A stretch of DNA of 64,000 nucleotides. It comes from Nitrospinaceae bacterium. Lineage in GTDB: Bacteria; Nitrospinota; Nitrospinia; Nitrospinales; Nitrospinaceae. The translations under genes and the position numbers were made by a program. The notes beneath the pieces are model-generated. The model saw only the letters and a list, made by a program, of their open reading frames with translations. It did no database searches and was not told where the DNA came from. The DNA is taken from NCBI GenBank assembly GCA_965223665.1, contig OZ245011.1, positions 1,984,001-2,048,000 of the forward strand, read 5' to 3'. Below, piece after piece: positions 58,523 through 64,000 of this stretch (positions are counted from its first letter, which is position 1; each line of letters opens with the position of its first letter).

Positions 58523-58791
58523 ATCCTTCCCTCCTATCAAACATTATTTTTTTGAAAAATAAGTTGAGGGTTTTAAAAGAAACAAAATTTTTATAGGAGT
58601 GCGTTCTAAAAAAGAAGCGGGAGGCGAGAATAGAAAGTGAGATAAATACCAGTATTCAAATTAGGGTGTGTGTGAACGTTGGCACTACTGATAATTAACT
58701 TTGTAATCTATGATTGAGTTATCTATTAAATTATATAATAAGACAACCTGCTGTCAATTCGGGTTTTACCGTTGGTTTTTCTAAGCGAATC

Positions 58792-58831
58792 AAAAAAGGA
58801 GGATCCGCCTTCGGGGGCACTCGAAGGCGGA
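58792..58831 (-). terminator. Probable minus-strand Rho-independent terminator
   Basis: tccgccttcg...cgaaggcgga 10-bp stem followed on the minus strand by tcctcctttttt. Confidence 0.55.
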
Positions 58832-60396
58832 CTTGTTTGGGTAGGTTCCACACATAAAATAGGGGGCTTCCTAATTCCCCTATCTATTTTTCATTTCCTG
58901 ACCTTTCTCGGAAAAGCTGGACCCGCCGAGATTAGGTTCGATATCAAAACCGAAATCACAATCCCGACGCCCCTCGTGGTCCATTCCATCAGGAAACATT
59001 TATACTTAATGATTTCATCGTCGGCCTTTGTCTGAATTTTTATCACACCTATGGAACCGGCCCATTCCACCGGCGGGTCTCAACCCTGAGTTGGAATTTC
59101 GCATAAGTCTTTATAAAGAATCCGGTGAGGCTGCAAGCGCACCTATTTTCCATCACCTCTGATTCTTCCGAACCTATCGAATCAACCCGGAGTATTCTCC
59201 CGCGACACCAAGACTGACCCCCAATCCAATGCCTGAGTTTCTCACGGTGGCGGTACCGGTTGCCGAAGGTGTTATCGTTTCATGTTGCTTCAAATGCCCT
59301 CTCTTAAAATCTCCTTTTGAAACAAACTTCAATACATAATGAGCAAGAACAGATACGGGAACTCGAAGTGCACACGGTCTGTCAGGACAAACCATTGAGA
59401 ACCGGTGAATCTTTTTTAAGTCCTCAACTGCGCGAATAAGGAATCTGCACCGACTCCTCCCCGATCTTTTAAAGATATAATAGCCCTTTCTCCCGAAAGG
59501 AAATATCGTTGTATCTTTATATTTTGTGTCGTGGTTTGAATGACAAGAGAGCAGGGAATTCATGGCCAACACTGATAGTTCCTTTGAAAAGTGGGACACA
59601 GGATAGAATTCATGCCTTAGGTTGGGGTTAGCCCCGGATTTGTATTTTGATTTTATTTTGAAAACATTCAGGCATGAAGCCCACCGTAAAATCTGGTTTT
59701 ACAATATGTTTGAAACTCCTCTTTCATGAGGAAATTTTTAAAGAGCCCGTTTCAACAGTTTTCGACCTCTTGAAAAACCACCCTAAATAGGTTAACCTAA
59801 AATTACCTCGATAGGTGAGTCTTTTTTCATAAGAATGGTTTTAAGTGTTACCGCTTAAAACCATTCTAACCCCCTTACTCTCTAAACCCCTGTAAACAGA
59901 AGCTCCCCTGGATGGAAGCGTGGATTGGGGATTAAATCCAACAAAATAACTTTTCAAATGTCCTAATTGGGGCAACCAAACAACACTTCAAATATTTGGT
60001 TTATTAAATTTATTTCTATTAAACAAAAACTGAGATTATCTTTTTAACCTCAACTTTACCACAAGAATTCATTCCTAAACCCTTTGAATATAGCGGATTT
60101 CCGGAAAAATTTCCATTAAATTCCTGCCCAGGAGCTGAACTCTTATTCAAGAACTACATTTTCTATAGATGAAAAAATTTAGGTAAACCAAAATTTTTTG
60201 TTTGGTGAATAGGGATTCATCTGGAGAACAGCGTCTGAAATTATGTTTTTACCCTCAGCCACAGGAGATCGAATTTTTGAAGTACTCAAGTTTTTTGGAT
60301 TGGTAAATATACTGAACGGAGGTGACGATCTTTATTTCGACTCAGAAAAAGGTACCAAAGAAACTCGGCACGATTGGGAGTTAGAATAATTACGTT

Positions 60397-60915
60397 TCAC
60401 TCTTCCAATTGGCTGAGTCTGTGGTCGACGTCTTTGACCTGGAAGTCCATTCCCAGTTGCTGGTAGATCTTCTTGGCCTTGAGGTAAGCCTGGAGTGCGG
60501 CGGCATTATTTCGTTGCTGTTGAAAGGTGACGGCGATGTTGTTCCAACTGTCGGCCACTTCAATATGGTTCTGTCCCGGAATTTTTTGACCGATCTCTAA
60601 AGCCTTATTAAAATATTTCATGGCCGTATCGTATCGACCCTGAGCGCGCCAGGCTTCGCCGAGGTTATTGAAATCGATCGCTACATAGCGATGGTCTTCT
60701 CCGTAAATTTTAAGGTGGTTGGCCAATGCTTGTTCGAAATACATGACGGCTTTTTTGTGTCGTCCCTGCTTCATCTCCTGTGCGCCCAAAAATTTAAACC
60801 GACTCGCTTCTTCAGCCAGTATCTCCGGTTTGTCCTGCGCAGAGGGAACGCCCGCAAACAACAGCATCCCCAACATCAGCAATCCTAAAAGAACACTATA
60901 TCTTTTAATACTCAT
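60397..60915 (-). CDS. Secreted TPR protein
   Basis: Signal peptide; YGEDHRYVAIDFNNLGEAW TPR units. Confidence 0.88.
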   Translation of the reverse strand: MSIKRYSVLLGLLMLGMLLFAGVPSAQDKPEILAEEASRFKFLGAQEMKQGRHKKAVMYFEQALANHLKIYGEDHRYVAIDFNNLGEAWRAQGRYDTAMKYFNKALEIGQKIPGQNHIEVADSWNNIAVTFQQQRNNAAALQAYLKAKKIYQQLGMDFQVKDVDHRLSQLEE

Positions 60916-61213
60916 CCAAACCCCCCTCCGAATCAGGACTCATTTCCCAAAATGGATTTCCTTATCCACTTATTAGAATCACCGGATTCACACCATTTAA
61001 AATTGAGAAACAGATATTCGGCGTGTCACTCTTAAATCAAATTAGTTTCGGTTTAATAGTTCCTGTAATTTTTTTTATGCCTAAACCATATACCATTTTT
61101 AGATTAAGTCAATGATTTTATTAAGATTCCCTGCGATTGGTGCAGAAACCCCCAGCGTCTCAATCACTTTCAGTGGGTTCCCGATACCGATGTTTTGAGA
61201 GAATCCATCAGTG

Positions 61214-61250
61214 AAAATTAAATCCCGGGCCAATCAAATTATAGCCCGGG
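61214..61250 (-). terminator. Possible terminator after rtcB
   Basis: cccgggc...gcccggg stem followed by atttaatttt on the minus strand. Confidence 0.45.
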
Positions 61251-61315
61251 CTAACGGTCGAATGGATGGATAATTTCCTCCTCTCCCGAAAAACTATTTC
61301 AACGTAAAAACTGTT

Positions 61316-62461
61316 TCACACTCCTTTATAACTTAAAAGGGGATCCAGTTTTCGCACAATTCCAGTCAACCTTTTTTGCGCACGCATGACGGCGTTGATG
61401 TTTTTGTAAGCGGCCGGCGCTTCGTCGCGCAACTGATGGCCCAGGTTGTGATTGAACCACACACCTTCCATTTGTTTATGCAAATGGCGCAGCGTGATTT
61501 TTTTTCTGGCTTCGCCTCGGCTCATCACTCGGCCCGCCCCATGCGAACTGGAATTCAAAGCCTCCGGATGTCCTCGCCCTTCGGTATGAAAACTGGGAGC
61601 GCCCATGGAACCCGGAATGATTCCCGGCTCTCCCTGCTTTGCTGAAAGCGCTCCTTTCCTATGAACCCAAATATTCTTTCCGTAATGCATTTCACTGGAA
61701 ACGTGATTATGATTACAGGAAATGATGGAAGACTCCCACGCCGAAACACCAAACAGATCTTGCATCATGGCTCGGACTTCTTCCATCATGACACTTCGAT
61801 TACTTTCAGCATAAAGACAGGCCCATTCCACATCATTGAAATACGCTTTACCGGTTTCGCTGGTGGATTCGAAAAACTTTAATCCCCATTTACTCTTTAT
61901 CGCTAAAGGCAAATGATGATCATTTATGAGCTGCCCCATACCCCGCGACCCGCTGTGAACCATAACCCAAAGCGCTCCCTGTTCATCCGCTTGAAATTCC
62001 AGGAAGTGATTACCACTTCCCAAAGTTCCCAACTGCGCCCGGCCATTTTTCGACTTCGCCTTTTCCAGTTTTTCATGACTGAGTGTGAATTTTATTAGGT
62101 CATTGGGCAACTGGCCCTGCATCGTCTTTCGCGAATGGCGAATGGTCGGAATCCGCTGAGACAACTCTTCCAGAATTTGCGCCGCGTTTCTTTCATTCAT
62201 AAAATGATGCGCGTCACAATCGAACCCCAGAGCGGTCATTCCGCACCCAATGTCATTACCCACCGCTTGCGGATAGTATTGACCCTCGGTTGCCACCACA
62301 GTTCCGATACAGACTTCCCGGCTCAAATGCACATCCGGCATCACGGCAATGTGGCAGACTCCCGTCGCGTTAGACAACCGATCCAGCGCAAGCTTCACTT
62401 CGGCACTCAAAGGTTCGTCCACCCATTGATGAATTTTCTTACCTGGTCTCAATGAACTCAT
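61316..62461 (-). CDS. rtcB: RtcB-family RNA ligase
   Basis: MPDVH, VGNDIGCGM, GTLGSGNHF, HSGSRG, HNH, HRKGA, SHGAGR and DEAPAAYK motifs. Confidence 0.95.
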   Translation of the reverse strand: MSSLRPGKKIHQWVDEPLSAEVKLALDRLSNATGVCHIAVMPDVHLSREVCIGTVVATEGQYYPQAVGNDIGCGMTALGFDCDAHHFMNERNAAQILEELSQRIPTIRHSRKTMQGQLPNDLIKFTLSHEKLEKAKSKNGRAQLGTLGSGNHFLEFQADEQGALWVMVHSGSRGMGQLINDHHLPLAIKSKWGLKFFESTSETGKAYFNDVEWACLYAESNRSVMMEEVRAMMQDLFGVSAWESSIISCNHNHVSSEMHYGKNIWVHRKGALSAKQGEPGIIPGSMGAPSFHTEGRGHPEALNSSSHGAGRVMSRGEARKKITLRHLHKQMEGVWFNHNLGHQLRDEAPAAYKNINAVMRAQKRLTGIVRKLDPLLSYKGV

Positions 62462-62880
62462 TGCCTCACCTCCTTCGGGTTTAACAACCGAAACGAAAAC
62501 TCAGGCACTCGTTTACGATGAATTGCCTTTGCCGCTTCCGCCCTTAAAAACCCGGACGCTTTTTGAAGAGACTGCAGGGTTTCTACCGGGTTAAAACTTT
62601 CCAAAGCATCTGCGAAAGTGAAAACAATCAATAAATGCGAGCTTTCCGGAACCGGCTCCACGCGATCCACGATCAAGTTGCCTAGAGCCGGATCATTCAA
62701 CTCTCCGGACAAGGTCATGTTTAATGTCAATTGAATTTGCTTGCAAAGCTGATGAGCTTTGCGGTTCGCCCTCCTGTTGGTTTGTTTATTAAAAAATTTT
62801 CGCAGGTTCACGCCATCTTCCGGCCCAATCTCCGCGCACAATGATTCTATATTTTTCTTAGAATGAATTTTTGAATTCAT
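62458..62880 (-). CDS. RbfA-like (ribosome-binding factor A paralog) protein, coupled to rtcB
   Basis: LQKASGFLRAEAAKAIHRKRVPEFSF matches the RbfA GFLR...R..P.L.F signature; extra N-terminal CAEIGPEDG segment; ATGA overlap with rtcB. Confidence 0.8.
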   Translation of the reverse strand: MNSKIHSKKNIESLCAEIGPEDGVNLRKFFNKQTNRRANRKAHQLCKQIQLTLNMTLSGELNDPALGNLIVDRVEPVPESSHLLIVFTFADALESFNPVETLQSLQKASGFLRAEAAKAIHRKRVPEFSFRLLNPKEVRQ

Positions 62881-63033
62881 AAATCCTCATATGCATAGAC
62901 AGCAGCAAGTCCGGGCGCAAGCGCACCACTCCGACCTGCACGCTATCGGTGATTGTTATTAGTTGAATTAAAAATAGAAAGAGTCCGGCCTGTTTCTACC
63001 GGAGAGGCTCGGAAGGAAAAACCTGAACGAGAA

Positions 63034-63093
63034 TCAGTCTCTGGAAGAAAGAGGCGGAACCCAATGAATGAATGCTGTCGCAATAGGTTGCAT
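63034..63093 (-). CDS. Putative 19-aa leader peptide MQPIATAFIHWVPPLSSRD
   Basis: GAGGTG Shine-Dalgarno 4 nt before the ATG; lies between a candidate promoter and hairpins leading into the rbfA-like gene. Confidence 0.6.
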   Translation of the reverse strand: MQPIATAFIHWVPPLSSRD

Positions 63094-63127
63094 GGGTCAC
63101 CTCAAAGAATTTATGAATAATTCAAGC

Positions 63128-63155
63128 ATCATAACATAGCTTTTTGAATTGTAAA
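63128..63155 (-). promoter_or_regulatory. Candidate sigma70 promoter for leader-rbfA-like-rtcB
   Basis: TTTACA-16 nt-TATGAT with an extended TGn before the -10 element. Confidence 0.55.
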
Positions 63156-63420
63156 AATAAAGTTTCGGGTAAACTTTATAAAAAACGGGATATCAATGGA
63201 TTATTTTTCTACTCTCCCATTTTATTGATTTTGCGTTCGAGTTCCTGGACTTTTTGGTGAACCGGTAAGTGCTGTAGATGATTTGTGCTTTGAGGAAAGC
63301 TTTTAGCCCCACTGAAAACGACTCAATATTGCTTTCGGTTTCTAACATAAGCTATATTATCAAATTTAACAACAGTTGTTAACACCTGTCTTACTCACTT
63401 GCTTAAAACCTTAACCAGAA

Positions 63421-63801
63421 TCATTCACTATTTTTCTCAAGCCAGAGGGCAAACTCTTCTTCTTTGATTTTACCGGCCGCAAGGTCAAGTACCGCTTGGA
63501 CGGCCTCGGCTTCTGAGGGATTGAAGGATTTCCCGTTTCTTTCGAGAAAGATCGTGCCGAGGACAAACCCGACCCGTTTGTTTCCATCTATAAAAGGATG
63601 ATTACGAATGATAGCGGAAACATAAGCCGCCGCCAAAGAGAAAAGATCAGGTTTGCTATAAGAATAATGCTGTCGAGGACGAACAAGAGCGGCATCCAAA
63701 AGCCCTTCATCTCTTAAACCCGGGGCACCACCAAACTCTGAAATCAGTTCATCATGTATGGCGAGAACTACTGATTTCACAATCCAAACCGGTTCCTTCA
63801 T
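63421..63801 (-). CDS. doc: Death-on-curing (Doc/Fic) toxin
   Basis: GGAPGLRDEGLL and NHPFIDGNKR motifs. Confidence 0.93.
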   Translation of the reverse strand: MKEPVWIVKSVVLAIHDELISEFGGAPGLRDEGLLDAALVRPRQHYSYSKPDLFSLAAAYVSAIIRNHPFIDGNKRVGFVLGTIFLERNGKSFNPSEAEAVQAVLDLAAGKIKEEEFALWLEKNSE

Positions 63802-64000
63802 TTAGCGAGTTCCCGCAGCGTATTGCGGAAGCGGGACATGGCTTTTTTGCCAAGGGCCATTTGTTTTTCAAATTCAGGATCGTAAGGTGTGATGCGGTAA
63901 CTTCCGTCCGGGGCTTCTGTCAGGTACACTTTGTCGCCGTCTTTGAGATGCATACGATTTAGAATTTCGCGAGGCAGAATAACACCAGAAGCGTTTCCGA
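63798..64000 (-). CDS. AbrB/MazE-type antitoxin, 5'-truncated by the window end
   Basis: Minus strand reads GNASGVILPREILNRMHLKDGDKVYL...ITPYDPEFEKQM...RNTLRELAK; stop overlaps the doc ATG. Not in the ORF track. Confidence 0.9.
   Translation of the reverse strand, partial: GNASGVILPREILNRMHLKDGDKVYLTEAPDGSYRITPYDPEFEKQMALGKKAMSRFRNTLRELAK

Noticed and set aside
59174-59599. 141-aa minus-strand ORF
   Set aside because: No recognisable motif or RBS at the called start and an unprotein-like composition; likely spurious.
59570-59640. c-di-GMP-I riboswitch-like segment (cctttgaaaagtgggacac)
   Set aside because: Lacks the GGCAAA and GACGCAAAG elements and a credible second stem.
61140-61200. Riboswitch, tRNA-like or Y-RNA element downstream of rtcB (cactgaaagtg...gagacgc on the minus strand)
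   Set aside because: Only a short GAAA hairpin; no cloverleaf, T-loop or riboswitch consensus.
61316-64000. Functional link between the AbrB-Doc pair and RtcB
   Set aside because: Doc-family toxins modify EF-Tu rather than cleave RNA, and a separate promoter lies between the loci; adjacency alone is not evidence.

Overview
Bacterial accessory region of mixed GC content. I found no rRNA, tRNA, CRISPR array, integrase or transposase. It has five blocks. (1) 1-3.5 kb: end of a receiver-domain gene, a membrane protein and a secreted di-heme (2x CxxCH) oxidoreductase. (2) 3.9-17.3 kb: a Sec-exported teneurin-like YD/Rhs protein (2 DNRLRE-like domains, chitobiase-like, TTR, FN-plug, NHL, YD shell, Cys-rich tip). 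It is split by a 10-bp tandem duplication and followed by a polymorphic-toxin array of orphan tips and immunity candidates. (3) 17.3-35.8 kb: a zinc-starvation block (two Fur/Zur paralogs, two CDF paralogs, merC-hisI-pyrC, COG0523 GTPase, two WD40 proteins, ZIP, HutX/HemS-like protein, ZnuD-like TonB receptor with ExbBD/TonB and a RAPP-motif upstream ORF). Its promoters share a TTGCAA-N5-TTGCAA motif, and it appears to interrupt the Rhs array because decayed Rhs fragments resume at 35.9-37.4 kb. (4) 37.7-58.5 kb: methyltransferase, multicopper oxidase-HYR fusion, TPR protein, a duplicated four-gene cassette, an AT-rich run of immunity-like ORFs, a lipoprotein truncated hemoglobin, Sel1 and BON proteins. 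(5) 58.5-64 kb: a long structured intergenic region, a TPR gene, an RbfA-like/RtcB operon preceded by an unannotated 19-aa leader peptide and attenuator-like hairpins, and an AbrB-Doc toxin-antitoxin pair. All family assignments come from motif recognition by eye; no searches were run.
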